Positions 33,303 to 43,233 of a DNA stretch of 64,000 nt are shown piece after piece. Each line of letters begins with the position of its first letter. The stretch's first letter is position 1. The translations under genes were made by a program, and so were the position numbers. The DNA is taken from positions 64,001-128,000 of the IMG/VR virus record IMGVR_UViG_3300049893_000724; one strand, given 5' to 3'. Source of the stretch: a virus. The notes beneath the pieces were generated by a model that was not told the DNA's origin, did no database searches, and worked only from the letters and a program-made list of their open reading frames with translations.

Positions 33303-34436
33303 TCAGAAAACTTCCTCAGAAGCAAATGCGGCGCGAACTTGAGCTTCAGAGGTCACGGAAGGCATCTGGAAATCAGCATCCACTTTGTCATACAGTTCCA
33401 GGAAGGATTGCTTGGTTTCGTCATCAAAGCGGTTCACACACACTTGAATTGCCTTTGCCTTATCTTGGAAGATGCTGTAAGCACGGATGATGTGAACCAG
33501 GCGGCGGGTGCTGATGATTTCCTCAATACCACCGTCATAGAAGGTCTTGCGGATGATGTCTGCCCAGTCCACCAGGCGCTTGCAGAAGTCACGGTCTTCC
33601 ACACCCAGGTCCAGAGCGATGCCTTCCAGAATTCGTTGCTCAACAGCAGGAGCGGGATAGGACTGCTCAAAAGTCACAGGGAAACGCTCTAGGAATGCTT
33701 CGTTGAGAACGTTGGTGCCGATGAAGCGACCGTCATCAGAACCCTTACCCTTGGTGTTTGCAGTGGCAACCACATTAAAACCAGCGGCAGGTTTTACGAA
33801 GCGACCAATCTTCTTCAGGAACACACCCTTACCTTCCAGAATGGACTGGAGACACAGAATCTTATTAGAGGCAAGGTCAATCTCATCCAGCAGCAGCACG
33901 GCGCCACGCTCAAGTGCTTCCACAACAGGACCATTGTGCCAAACAGTTTCCCCATTCACCAGGCGGAAACCACCAATCAGGTCATCCTCATCAGTTTCAA
34001 TCGTGATGTTCACACGAATGAGTTCACGCTTAAGTTGAGCACACGCTTGCTCCACCGAGAACGTTTTACCATTACCCGAAAGACCCGTGATGAACGCAGG
34101 GTAAAAGATACGGGACTGAATAATTTTTTTAATATCACCAAAGTTACCAAACTTGACGAAGGTATCATCTTTATCGGGAATGAGGTTTTGTTCGGTAGGA
34201 GGAATCACAGCAGGTGCTTGGAAAGTACGTTCGATTTCTTCAACCTTCTGTTGAGTAACTTCAAGATTCCAACGACCCCGACCAACTTTAAACTGCTCCA
34301 AACGTTTTGTAACAGTAGGATAAGAAATATCTTTAGAAGCACAATAACCGCGAACATCTGCAGCGGTAAATTCCTTACCAAATGTATTCTTCAGATCGTC
34401 AATGATTTGATCGTCGGTCATTTGAATGCGAGACAT
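33303..34436 (-). CDS. cobS: CobS/MoxR-type AAA+ ATPase
   Basis: GLSGNGKT, LLLDEID, ATANTKGKG, FLERF. Confidence 0.9.
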   Translation of the reverse strand: MSRIQMTDDQIIDDLKNTFGKEFTAADVRGYCASKDISYPTVTKRLEQFKVGRGRWNLEVTQQKVEEIERTFQAPAVIPPTEQNLIPDKDDTFVKFGNFGDIKKIIQSRIFYPAFITGLSGNGKTFSVEQACAQLKRELIRVNITIETDEDDLIGGFRLVNGETVWHNGPVVEALERGAVLLLDEIDLASNKILCLQSILEGKGVFLKKIGRFVKPAAGFNVVATANTKGKGSDDGRFIGTNVLNEAFLERFPVTFEQSYPAPAVEQRILEGIALDLGVEDRDFCKRLVDWADIIRKTFYDGGIEEIISTRRLVHIIRAYSIFQDKAKAIQVCVNRFDDETKQSFLELYDKVDADFQMPSVTSEAQVRAAFASEEVF

Positions 34437-34504
34437 AATCAGAGTGGTTTGTTTCAACTGAAGTCATTATAAAACAAAAAAGGGGTCTCTGGGACCCCGA
34501 GTGG

Positions 34505-34690
34505 TCAGTTAGCAAACTGGTTCTTAAGTTTTTGAAGGTGCTCTTGACTTCCAATACAACCTTTATAACCAGGATAGTATTTTTCTACTACAGAGTTAAT
34601 TCCCATAGCAGTAATGGCACTATCACACTTTACCCAAACTTCTTTGGTGTCATACTTTACAACGTGCTCAAATGGAAATTTAGTTTTCAA
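34505..34690 (-). CDS. Hypothetical protein
   Basis: 61 aa; ATGA coupling. Confidence 0.55.
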   Translation of the reverse strand: MKTKFPFEHVVKYDTKEVWVKCDSAITAMGINSVVEKYYPGYKGCIGSQEHLQKLKNQFAN

Positions 34691-35343
34691 TTTAATTCTC
34701 CAAGTGCCTTTGCCTTACGAACTTTATTAGGTCTTAATTTACCACCTGGATAGTTTCTTTCATCATTACCTTCAAAATCAGGATCTACATTAGCACGATG
34801 TCTTGCTGCTCTATCTGGAGAATATCTATCAGTATGAATATCCTTTCTGCGATTGGGAGCAATCTTATCTGCTGCTCTCTTTTCTTTTTGCTTGAGGGCA
34901 CTACGCTTCTTCTTATAATCTTTAAGAGTCATACCCTCTTCAATTTCAACTTCTTCTTTTCTTGTTCTTTCTGCTTGTTTGCGCTTAGCATATTGCATAT
35001 AAGTTTCACCTGGTTTTAGTCTATTACTATAATCGGGTTTTGTTTGTGCTGAGGTGCTTTGTCCTTTATCTTCACGGGCTCTCATCTGAGGTCCTTTGCC
35101 AGGAAGTTTCTTATCTTGCTCTGGATCTGGATGCCACCAATCACCAGCTTCATTTACAGATTTTTTCTTCGCTTTTTCTTTCTCCAACCAACCACCCTGC
35201 ATTACTCCTGATAAAGGAATTTTTACAGTTGGTTTATCATCAGGATGACCACCATAATCTCTACCTCTGTAATCTGTTCCACGATGGGGACGACCCGTGG
35301 AACGATCATAGGCTTCAAGTGCGAATTGTTGGTAGGTCTTCAT
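34687..35343 (-). CDS. Basic modular protein with T4 IP-like capsid-targeting N-terminus
   Basis: MKTYQQFALE|A; internal VNE|A and EIEE|G; ATAAATA upstream. Confidence 0.75.
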   Translation of the reverse strand: MKTYQQFALEAYDRSTGRPHRGTDYRGRDYGGHPDDKPTVKIPLSGVMQGGWLEKEKAKKKSVNEAGDWWHPDPEQDKKLPGKGPQMRAREDKGQSTSAQTKPDYSNRLKPGETYMQYAKRKQAERTRKEEVEIEEGMTLKDYKKKRSALKQKEKRAADKIAPNRRKDIHTDRYSPDRAARHRANVDPDFEGNDERNYPGGKLRPNKVRKAKALGELN

Positions 35344-35366
35344 ATCTACGGATACTTTTTAGGTAT

Positions 35367-37550
35367 TTATGCCACGAGAGAAATGAACTCACCAAGAACT
35401 TTTTTATTCAGTTTTTTAGTTTTCAATGATTTTACAAAGGCAGATTTGATTTGAGATTTAGTAGCATCTTCAGCAACATCAAATTCAGTATCTTGAGACA
35501 GAGCAGTTGAAGACAAACCAAAGTAAGCATCATAACCAGAATTCGTAATTGTAAAACTCTTCAGTTTCTTCCAATCACTTTGAATTTTTTGATATTGTTT
35601 ATCGTTGTCATAGTGATAGAGACTAATGAAGCGATTTGCATTGCGACTCTCAAGAACACGAATGCCGATGAAATTTACCGAAGGAAACTTATCCTTTAAA
35701 TTATGGAGAAGAGTATCGGTAAATTGATGATATCCATAATCAAACTTATAGGTGGTTCCAAGTTTACGGTCACGAAGGAAAGTTTTATGGGGATTAACAC
35801 CAGCGATGCCAATACGAGGCTCACTTTCCCAAGCACGTTTTACTTCACGATGATAAGGAAGATGATTTGCCTCACCATCAGTTAGAACAATACACTGAAC
35901 TTTCTGGAGTTTATTTTCACGTTGAAACTTAGGAAGAATTTGATGAAGAGAAACTAATGCTTCATTCAGAGGAGTTCCAGAGAGAGACAAACGATTTGGA
36001 TAAGTATAAGGAGTTTGATAAGTGTCTCCAAAGTAAACAGCGAGACGCCAAATGTTTAACATTTGATTCTCTAGTTCTTTACCAGAAACTTTACTGGTAA
36101 GAATATTCATCAAGGAAAAACTCTCATCAATAGAGAGAAGATTTTCTTTCTTCTCGTAGTGAGAGGTTCTATCAGCGGGTTTGAACATTCCAGTTGCATA
36201 ATCGTGCTCTCCACGACGCCATTCATTAGTAAAAGCATAAACCTCAAAGGGAATAGAGACTTTTTTACAAAACCACACGAGGTTGAACAGTTGCTTACAA
36301 GTATCAGTCAGTACTTGAGACATTGAACCAGACCAGTCCAGAACAAACACTAGACCGTGATTTTTGCCGTCAGGAATTATAGACACTTTTTTGAAAAGAT
36401 CTTCATTGTATTTGTAAGTATGAAGACGAGCAGTATCAAGAACTCCAGTGCGAGCAGTAGAGGCACGGGAATAAGAATCTGCTGCCTTACGGCACTCAAA
36501 CTCTTTTACCAGATAGTTGACTTCTTTCTGAGCGGATACTTTAAACTTCTTAAATTCAGTATCTGCTTTCAGAAACAAACTTTCGGGAGTAAGATGTTTG
36601 TAATTTTCTTTTAGAGTTTGTTCGTAGGACTTTTGCTGTTGGTGAAAAGAAGCATCAATATGGGTATGAACTTCATCATTCTTACCAATAATAGTTTCAA
36701 GATTAACTTGAGGAATTTCTACATAAACATTTTCATAACCATCATCATTCACCAGATCACGAATTTTATCCTCCAAATTATCCGCAGTGCGGACCTCAGG
36801 TTCTTCACTATGGTCCGGAATCATATCAGGACCCGATTGAGTAGGGCCCTCATTTTCATTTTGCTGTGCTTCTGATTTGTTAGTTTCTCCCTCTTGTTCC
36901 TCATCACTTTGCTCACTTTCCACGTTTTGTTGAGTAGAAGAATTGGAATTACCCTGAGTTTCGTGATCATCAAAATTGGAAACTTTTTGCTCCTGTTCTT
37001 TTTCTTTTTTACAGTATTGATAGAGTGCTTCAGCAGCGTCCAGAACATCATCAAACGTTTCAGTTTCTGCAATCCTATTAATAATATCCATCTCCTCACC
37101 ACGCTTAATAGGAACGTCAATGAAGTTTCCAACCTTAAACCACAGGTTTGCGCGGTCAGCAAGATTCATCTCACCAACTTTCTCATCTTCAAGTTGAAAG
37201 AAATCCTCTTCGTTCAATTCTTTATAACCATTGAAGAAAGTCTTAGCAAGTCCCAGATACTTACGCTTCATCAGTTTCTCAATACGGGCATCTTCCACCA
37301 CATTCACAAACTGAGCAGGGACTTTTACTTTTTCAGTCCAATCTTCATCAGGAGTAAAGAGAGCATGACCAACTTCGTGACCCACCAGCAGGTCATACAC
37401 AGTGTTGCTTGCCTTTTCCCATAGAGGCAGAGTGAGCACACGAGTATGAACGTTGAAGCAAGCGGTTGCTACTTTCTTGTGCTCCACCACAAGGTCTTCC
37501 GTGGCAAGCAGTTTAGCAAGTTGGGACTTGATTTCGTGACTGACAGGCAT
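35367..37550 (-). CDS. Metallopeptidase-like + VWA (CobT-like) protein
   Basis: GHEVGH and VVEDARIE at the N-terminus; MIDAS DWSGS...TP...LTDG at the C-terminus. Confidence 0.88.
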   Translation of the reverse strand: MPVSHEIKSQLAKLLATEDLVVEHKKVATACFNVHTRVLTLPLWEKASNTVYDLLVGHEVGHALFTPDEDWTEKVKVPAQFVNVVEDARIEKLMKRKYLGLAKTFFNGYKELNEEDFFQLEDEKVGEMNLADRANLWFKVGNFIDVPIKRGEEMDIINRIAETETFDDVLDAAEALYQYCKKEKEQEQKVSNFDDHETQGNSNSSTQQNVESEQSDEEQEGETNKSEAQQNENEGPTQSGPDMIPDHSEEPEVRTADNLEDKIRDLVNDDGYENVYVEIPQVNLETIIGKNDEVHTHIDASFHQQQKSYEQTLKENYKHLTPESLFLKADTEFKKFKVSAQKEVNYLVKEFECRKAADSYSRASTARTGVLDTARLHTYKYNEDLFKKVSIIPDGKNHGLVFVLDWSGSMSQVLTDTCKQLFNLVWFCKKVSIPFEVYAFTNEWRRGEHDYATGMFKPADRTSHYEKKENLLSIDESFSLMNILTSKVSGKELENQMLNIWRLAVYFGDTYQTPYTYPNRLSLSGTPLNEALVSLHQILPKFQRENKLQKVQCIVLTDGEANHLPYHREVKRAWESEPRIGIAGVNPHKTFLRDRKLGTTYKFDYGYHQFTDTLLHNLKDKFPSVNFIGIRVLESRNANRFISLYHYDNDKQYQKIQSDWKKLKSFTITNSGYDAYFGLSSTALSQDTEFDVAEDATKSQIKSAFVKSLKTKKLNKKVLGEFISLVA

Positions 37551-37719
37551 TGGTCTTTGTTCGTATGAGACCATTATAAAACGAAAGGTCGCCCTTTGGA
37601 CGACCCATGTGACGCTTTTTGAACTGGGCAAGTCGTGCTTTTGCTTGCCTCAGTGCTTGCGGTTTAAGTTTTCGTTTTTGTTCTTTCTTGGAATGGTGTT
37701 TCCAGTTTGGGACTTGCAT
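37513..37719 (-). CDS. Small basic hypothetical protein
   Basis: MQVPNWKHHSKKEQKRKLKPQALRQAK. Confidence 0.5.
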   Translation of the reverse strand: MQVPNWKHHSKKEQKRKLKPQALRQAKARLAQFKKRHMGRPKGDLSFYNGLIRTKTNACQSRNQVPTC

Positions 37720-37733
37720 TGTTCTGTGATGTA

Positions 37734-39446
37734 TCAAGACATCATACGTGAAAAACCTTTGACTTTTTCAAACCTTATGACGCTTTCAAATCTGTCCTCC
37801 AGACCAGTTTTGTGAGAGATGACAAAAATGTTTGCGTCTTTAATCACATAACGAATAATCTTAAGGAACTCTTCCGTTCCAAATCCATCAAGTGAAGAAT
37901 CAAATACCTCATCCATAATCAAAAGATTGGTATTGACTGAGTTTTTGAATCTTGCAACTTCACGCCAGGTAAAGAGAAGTGCGAGGTCAATTCTCATTTT
38001 TTCTCCTTCACTAAAAGAAGCATAGGAGAAATCTTCGTGAATGGGTGACTGGACGGTTTCGTTGAATTCCTCATCAAGTGTGAAGTTAATATAGAAATCC
38101 ATCATCTGAAGATAACGGTTAACTTGCTGATTTATCAGCGGTAGATACTTCTTAATGATTTTGGTCTTTACTCCACCGTCTTTTAACAAACTATACGTAA
38201 AGTCGTAATAGTTGATTGTGTCTTTTTTAGAAGCGAGTTCGTCGTATGTAGTTTTTAAGTTTTTGTTGAAGGATTCTAACTTCTCATGTTCAGAATTTCG
38301 GTTTGCAAGGTTCTCGGTAATAGTTTGAATTTCAGATTCAAGATCTCTGATTTGTCTCTGACATCCAGCGATCTTAGTATTGTTTTGAGAAATGCCATGC
38401 GTTAGTTTTGTAATCTCCTTCGTAAGAGTAGTGAATTGACGCTCTCGCTCCTCTTCCTCTTTAATTGCCTCCTCTAGTTCTTTATAACCAGATTGCAACT
38501 CCTTTGCCTTATTTTGAGCGTCTGTAATTCTATTTATTCTGAAGGTCTCTTCGATTGGTTGTGTGCAGGTTGGGCATACCGTATTCTCTGCAAAGAACTT
38601 ATGTTCTTGAGTGATTGTTGATACTTTTTGGGAGAGTTTGCCTTTGAGGTTTCCTAGCTTACGAAGTTTTTCTGCTGCACCGGTAACAATCTCCTGTTCC
38701 TTCGTGTATTTAAAAACGTCTTCTTCCAGAAGAGCATTTTCATTCATATAAACACCAACTTCAGTATCTAACTTGGCAATCTTTTCTTTGCTGGCGTTTA
38801 TATTGGCATTACCACGATTTTCAAGTTCCTCAATAAACTCCTTTTGCATCTTGACCTTATCAAGAAGAGATTCTTTTTTGAGTTCCAAAACTTTGATATC
38901 TTCTTTCGACTGGCGAATCTTTTCTTTAATAATCATATTCATAGAAGAAAAGATTTTAATATCCAACAAATCTTCGATAACTTCACGACGATGAGCCGCA
39001 GGAAGTTGCATAAAAGGAACAAAAGTGCTTGAACCCAAAATAACAATTTGAGTAAAAGACTTGTAATTCATTTTAAGAACATTTTGTTCTAACCATTTCT
39101 GCTGATCTAATGCGGCAGCAGATTGATCTAATGCAGCACCATTTCTCCAAATTTCAAATACTGCTGGTTTGATTCCACGTATAACTTTCCATTCAACGTT
39201 CCCAATAGAAAACTCAACTTCAACTTTACAGTCTTTGTCATTGACACTATTAATCAATTGAGGTTTATTAATCTTACGAAATGGTTTGCCAAACAAAGAA
39301 AATGTAAGAGCATCCAACACGGTACTCTTTCCAGCACCATTTGTACCAATAATCAAATTGGTTGTATTTTTAGTAAAATCAAGTTCAGTGTATTGATTTC
39401 CGGTTGAAAGAAAATTTTTCCAACGAATAGTTTTAAATAAAATCAT
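37734..39446 (-). CDS. gp46: Recombination endonuclease ATPase subunit (Rad50-like)
   Basis: GTNGAGKST, CPTC hook, FSEGEK, DEVFD. Confidence 0.96.
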   Translation of the reverse strand: MILFKTIRWKNFLSTGNQYTELDFTKNTTNLIIGTNGAGKSTVLDALTFSLFGKPFRKINKPQLINSVNDKDCKVEVEFSIGNVEWKVIRGIKPAVFEIWRNGAALDQSAAALDQQKWLEQNVLKMNYKSFTQIVILGSSTFVPFMQLPAAHRREVIEDLLDIKIFSSMNMIIKEKIRQSKEDIKVLELKKESLLDKVKMQKEFIEELENRGNANINASKEKIAKLDTEVGVYMNENALLEEDVFKYTKEQEIVTGAAEKLRKLGNLKGKLSQKVSTITQEHKFFAENTVCPTCTQPIEETFRINRITDAQNKAKELQSGYKELEEAIKEEEERERQFTTLTKEITKLTHGISQNNTKIAGCQRQIRDLESEIQTITENLANRNSEHEKLESFNKNLKTTYDELASKKDTINYYDFTYSLLKDGGVKTKIIKKYLPLINQQVNRYLQMMDFYINFTLDEEFNETVQSPIHEDFSYASFSEGEKMRIDLALLFTWREVARFKNSVNTNLLIMDEVFDSSLDGFGTEEFLKIIRYVIKDANIFVISHKTGLEDRFESVIRFEKVKGFSRMMS

Positions 39447-39705
39447 GATTTGAATTTGGTGGAATTACAATATCATCTGGGGTAATAACTACGTATTGGT
39501 ATCCGTGAATTTCACAGGTTTTTACCATCACATCATCTTCAATTTCAATTACATGCATTTCTGGACTTCCATCTTCTTCCAACATCATAGCATATCTTAC
39601 AGCATCATCTTCTTCTTCGAAGAGATATAAAATTTGCTCTCCTTCTGAGTTAGCTACTGAATATGCACCTTCTGTTTCTTTTCCGTTGATGGTTAAAATA
39701 AACAT
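39433..39705 (-). CDS. Hypothetical protein
   Basis: 90 aa acidic, between gp47 and gp46. Confidence 0.7.
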   Translation of the reverse strand: MFILTINGKETEGAYSVANSEGEQILYLFEEEDDAVRYAMMLEEDGSPEMHVIEIEDDVMVKTCEIHGYQYVVITPDDIVIPPNSNHDFI

Positions 39706-39706
39706 C

Positions 39707-40747
39707 TCAAACTAACTCACATGCCTCTTGATAAATTTCTTGTAGCATTTTTTGAACTATTGATTTATCAAGGTTAACTTCCGCTTCCTCAATGTATCTA
39801 TTGAGAATCGAAAGTGTATCTTCAGATTCAAATGCCTCAAACTCTTCAGATTCTTGCATTTCAAAGTTTTCAATAATTTTTAACTCTGAAATATTTGAAG
39901 AGTATAATTTATCGACAAACTTTTCAAACTTTTTAGTATCAGTTTTTTTACGAACTACTACCTTTACAATTTTATTTTCATACTCACGAGTATCAAATGT
40001 TTGGTAGTTTGTATCCTCATAATAAATGTTATAGAACAATCTATGAGGATTATTAACTGAGTTATGCTCTAAAGTTTCAGTATCAAAAATATGGAATCCC
40101 CGAGTATCATTTACATCATTCCAAAACATCTCATAAGGATTACCAAGATAGAAAACAGTTCCGTTAGTAGAACGAGTATGGTAATGACCGGAAAATACCT
40201 TAGAGAAGTTTTTAAAAAGATTTGCTTCCAATCCGTGTTCCATTACAACTGAGCGATTTACCCTAAAACCTTGCAATTCAAGGTGACCCATAGCAACTTT
40301 ACAAGAAGTTTTTTTAATCATCTTAAGAGTTTTATCTTGGTTATCCTGATTAATCCAAGGAATAAAAAGAAGTTTGAGTCCGCCAATCACAACTTCTTTT
40401 GGCTCAGCATAAACAGTCACATTATCATACTCACGAAGTAACAAATCCACAGCATTTACTTCGTTTGTATTCTTATAATATGCGGTATGGTTTCCGACAA
40501 TTGTATGAACTTGGATACCCATACTCTTAAGGCGATCATAATAATTGTTCTTCGCCCAAGAAAGAGCAGAGAAATCAATACCCTTACGACTATCAAAAGT
40601 ATCGCCCATATCAATGACTGTGGTGATACCCTCTTTCTCTAGAGTAGGAAAGAAAATGTCATTATAAAACTTCAAGAAATAATCATGAAAGAGTTTTGAA
40701 TTCTTTCGTGCTCCGAAGTGCTGGTCAGTGATAATAGCGACTTTCAT
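39707..40747 (-). CDS. gp47: Recombination endonuclease nuclease subunit (Mre11-like)
   Basis: TDQHFG, MGDTFD, VGNH, SGHYH. Confidence 0.96.
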   Translation of the reverse strand: MKVAIITDQHFGARKNSKLFHDYFLKFYNDIFFPTLEKEGITTVIDMGDTFDSRKGIDFSALSWAKNNYYDRLKSMGIQVHTIVGNHTAYYKNTNEVNAVDLLLREYDNVTVYAEPKEVVIGGLKLLFIPWINQDNQDKTLKMIKKTSCKVAMGHLELQGFRVNRSVVMEHGLEANLFKNFSKVFSGHYHTRSTNGTVFYLGNPYEMFWNDVNDTRGFHIFDTETLEHNSVNNPHRLFYNIYYEDTNYQTFDTREYENKIVKVVVRKKTDTKKFEKFVDKLYSSNISELKIIENFEMQESEEFEAFESEDTLSILNRYIEEAEVNLDKSIVQKMLQEIYQEACELV

Positions 40748-41245
40748 TCAATAGCGAAGTTTGGAATGGACACCATCTTTGATGCTATTATAGTCGGAAT
40801 AGTTCCCGCCGTCAACTGAATTATCGTCAGTAAAGACTTCAGAAAATCCTGAGCGTTCAAGGATCTTATTCTTGATTTCTAGTTGACGCTTCTCTCTTTG
40901 AATGCGACGGAGAAATGCGTAGTGAATAATTTGAGTAAAGTATGCAAAAGGATTTTGGGATTTCTCAGGATTAAAATTATGAATGTACTGAACACAATTT
41001 TCAATACCATCAGAAATCATATCTTCCTTGAACATATAGTTCACGAAGTTTGGTTTGAATGACAAGTGATTTGCAATCTTCAGGAAACACTCTCCAATGT
41101 AGCGAGGGATGGGTGGTTTTGGTTTCCCTTGGATCTCTGCGATTTCTTTGTCTTCACGGTACTTAATCAGTGCTGCAAGGAACTCTTTGTTATTGACGTA
41201 ATGTTCTGACCTCTTTCTTTTGGTCATGACTGCTGTGGTTATCAT
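40748..41245 (-). CDS. gp55: Late transcription sigma factor
   Basis: HYVNNKEFL, EDMISDGIENC, NPFAYFTQI. Confidence 0.96.
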   Translation of the reverse strand: MITTAVMTKRKRSEHYVNNKEFLAALIKYREDKEIAEIQGKPKPPIPRYIGECFLKIANHLSFKPNFVNYMFKEDMISDGIENCVQYIHNFNPEKSQNPFAYFTQIIHYAFLRRIQREKRQLEIKNKILERSGFSEVFTDDNSVDGGNYSDYNSIKDGVHSKLRY

Positions 41246-41292
41246 GAGTTTTTATCATTATTATGTAGGTATAATAACATAAACTTAACTAG

Positions 41293-41321
41293 TTGACAAG
41301 GTATTTAAAACTGTGTACAAT
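41293..41321 (+). promoter_or_regulatory. Plus-strand (antisense) sigma70-like promoter
   Basis: TTGACA-17nt-TACAAT facing against the gene strand. Confidence 0.5.
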
Positions 41322-41350
41322 TACCTTTGTCGAGGTTAAAAAGATTGGCT

Positions 41351-41737
41351 TTAACTATTTTTATAGAGCTTTTCTAAAATCTCTTTAGCATCATTAACAT
41401 TAGCGATATATCCCATTTTTCTATCAATCTTAGTTTTACTATCTTTTGATCCAGATCTTACATAGGATTGATACATCATAATCATTTCGATATCTGAAGA
41501 TTCTGAAAGAGTAAGTACATCTTCAAGATTAAGAATAAACATATCTTCAGTTGTTGTTTTTAACCAAGGTTCTAATTTATATCCAACTACACCCATTCTA
41601 CCTTTAATTTCCGAAACAATAATTGGATTGGAAATAATCAACATTGTTCTATCATCTTCTTCAGAGGCTGCTACCTTTGCAAAGATTTCCTCTCCTGTTT
41701 TTAATTTAACTGTTGCATAAAAATCATCTTCTATCAT
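41351..41737 (-). CDS. Hypothetical (Sm-like) protein
   Basis: ATVKLKTGEEIFAKV...LEPWLK; 128 aa. Confidence 0.75.
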   Translation of the reverse strand: MIEDDFYATVKLKTGEEIFAKVAASEEDDRTMLIISNPIIVSEIKGRMGVVGYKLEPWLKTTTEDMFILNLEDVLTLSESSDIEMIMMYQSYVRSGSKDSKTKIDRKMGYIANVNDAKEILEKLYKNS

Positions 41738-43205
41738 TTTTCTTAAGTTGTATAGTGATTATCTCATAGTTAAAGTTCTCTTCATTATAGATCTTAATTC
41801 TTTCAATGAGGTGATTTAAAGTATAATTCTTTCTTGAGTTATATGTACAGTCATCAGCGATATCATAAAGAGTTGCTTTTACTTTATCTTTTCCTTTTCT
41901 AAGAACTCGTCCAATGCTTTGAAGATTACGGATTCTGGATTTGCTAGGTGAGGCGAAGATAACATTATGGAGGTTTTTAATGTTGATACCAGTAGAAAAA
42001 GTTCCATACGAAGCAACGATAATTGCGTTGTTTTCTCTCTCTGTAATTTCACGAACTAATTCTCTTTCTTCAGCATCCACTCCGCCATGAACAAAAAATA
42101 CTTTACGTTCATCTCGCTTTTGACTATTTATCTTTTCGTATAAGACTGCTCCGTGTGCTTCTACTCTACTGAATAGAACCAAAGTATTACCTTTTAAATC
42201 AAGAGTAAGATTGGTAATAAATTTATTTCTTTGTTCGTGAGAGATTAGATATTGTATCTCATCTTCATATGTCTCAAACTTTTGTGGTGGGTGCTTAAGA
42301 ACAATACACTGAATGTCAAGTTGAGAGAGATGACCTTGTTTCATTAATTCATCAGTTCTTGTTACCTTATATGAAGGTCCAAATAATCCCTCAAGAACCC
42401 ACTTATGAGTTTGAGTTCCATCTAAAGTTCCTGTAAATCCAAATCTATATTTTGCGTGATGAAGTTTGGTCATAATCTCTATCAAAGATTTAGACTTGAA
42501 TAAATGTGCCTCATCGCCTATAATCACACCATAGTCTTCAAAGAATGAGCGTTCTAGTTTATAGACAGATTGCCAAGTCGTAATTGTAACTGAAAACTCA
42601 TTTGTTTTTTCCCTACCAGAATAGATACGGTGGCAATATGTCTCAGCATCCCAACCATAGTCCTGGAAGTCCTTATACATTTGCTCTACCAGAGATGTCG
42701 TTGGAACGACTAAAAGTATTTTTTCGTTCTTATCAACATAGTATCTCACTAATGAATAAATCATCAGAGATTTGCCTGATGCAGTGGGACTTATCAGTAG
42801 CTTTCGATTATGTCTTAATGCATCGTATACTCCCTCTACTTGATACTGGCGTGGAGAATGAGCACAAATAGATTGCATATAATCTTTGACACCTTCATAT
42901 GAGATATTTTCATTTACCTCAAAAGGTTGTCCATAAAATTTATTGTCTTCAAATTTGTAAGAATATCCGTACTGCTCACAAAAATTGACAATCTTATCTA
43001 AGAGTCCAACATAAATTTGTTTGGAACGCATATCATACAAGTGAATTTCCCCATTCCAATTCCTTCCACGGTACTGGGGCATAAATTTTGCATTTGGAAC
43101 CTCAAACTTAAAGTGGTCTCTAAGTTCATACTCAATGTGAGGTTCCGTGTTAATTTTTAAAAATACTTCGTTTGATTTGGATATAACAAGGTCTGTCGTA
43201 TTCAC
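41724..43205 (-). CDS. uvsW: SF2 helicase UvsW
   Basis: SPTASGKS, DEAH, TGT, QSIGRVLR. Confidence 0.96.
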   Translation of the reverse strand: MNTTDLVISKSNEVFLKINTEPHIEYELRDHFKFEVPNAKFMPQYRGRNWNGEIHLYDMRSKQIYVGLLDKIVNFCEQYGYSYKFEDNKFYGQPFEVNENISYEGVKDYMQSICAHSPRQYQVEGVYDALRHNRKLLISPTASGKSLMIYSLVRYYVDKNEKILLVVPTTSLVEQMYKDFQDYGWDAETYCHRIYSGREKTNEFSVTITTWQSVYKLERSFFEDYGVIIGDEAHLFKSKSLIEIMTKLHHAKYRFGFTGTLDGTQTHKWVLEGLFGPSYKVTRTDELMKQGHLSQLDIQCIVLKHPPQKFETYEDEIQYLISHEQRNKFITNLTLDLKGNTLVLFSRVEAHGAVLYEKINSQKRDERKVFFVHGGVDAEERELVREITERENNAIIVASYGTFSTGINIKNLHNVIFASPSKSRIRNLQSIGRVLRKGKDKVKATLYDIADDCTYNSRKNYTLNHLIERIKIYNEENFNYEIITIQLKKNDRR

Positions 43206-43233
43206 GATGTCTCATGCATCTATGAATATTTAT

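Noticed and set aside
32877-33692. 271-aa plus-strand ORF (and other plus-strand ORFs in the track)
   Set aside because: Lies antisense to clearly recognisable minus-strand genes (DUF3310-like, cobS). No RBS or family motif; best explained as shadows of biased codon usage.
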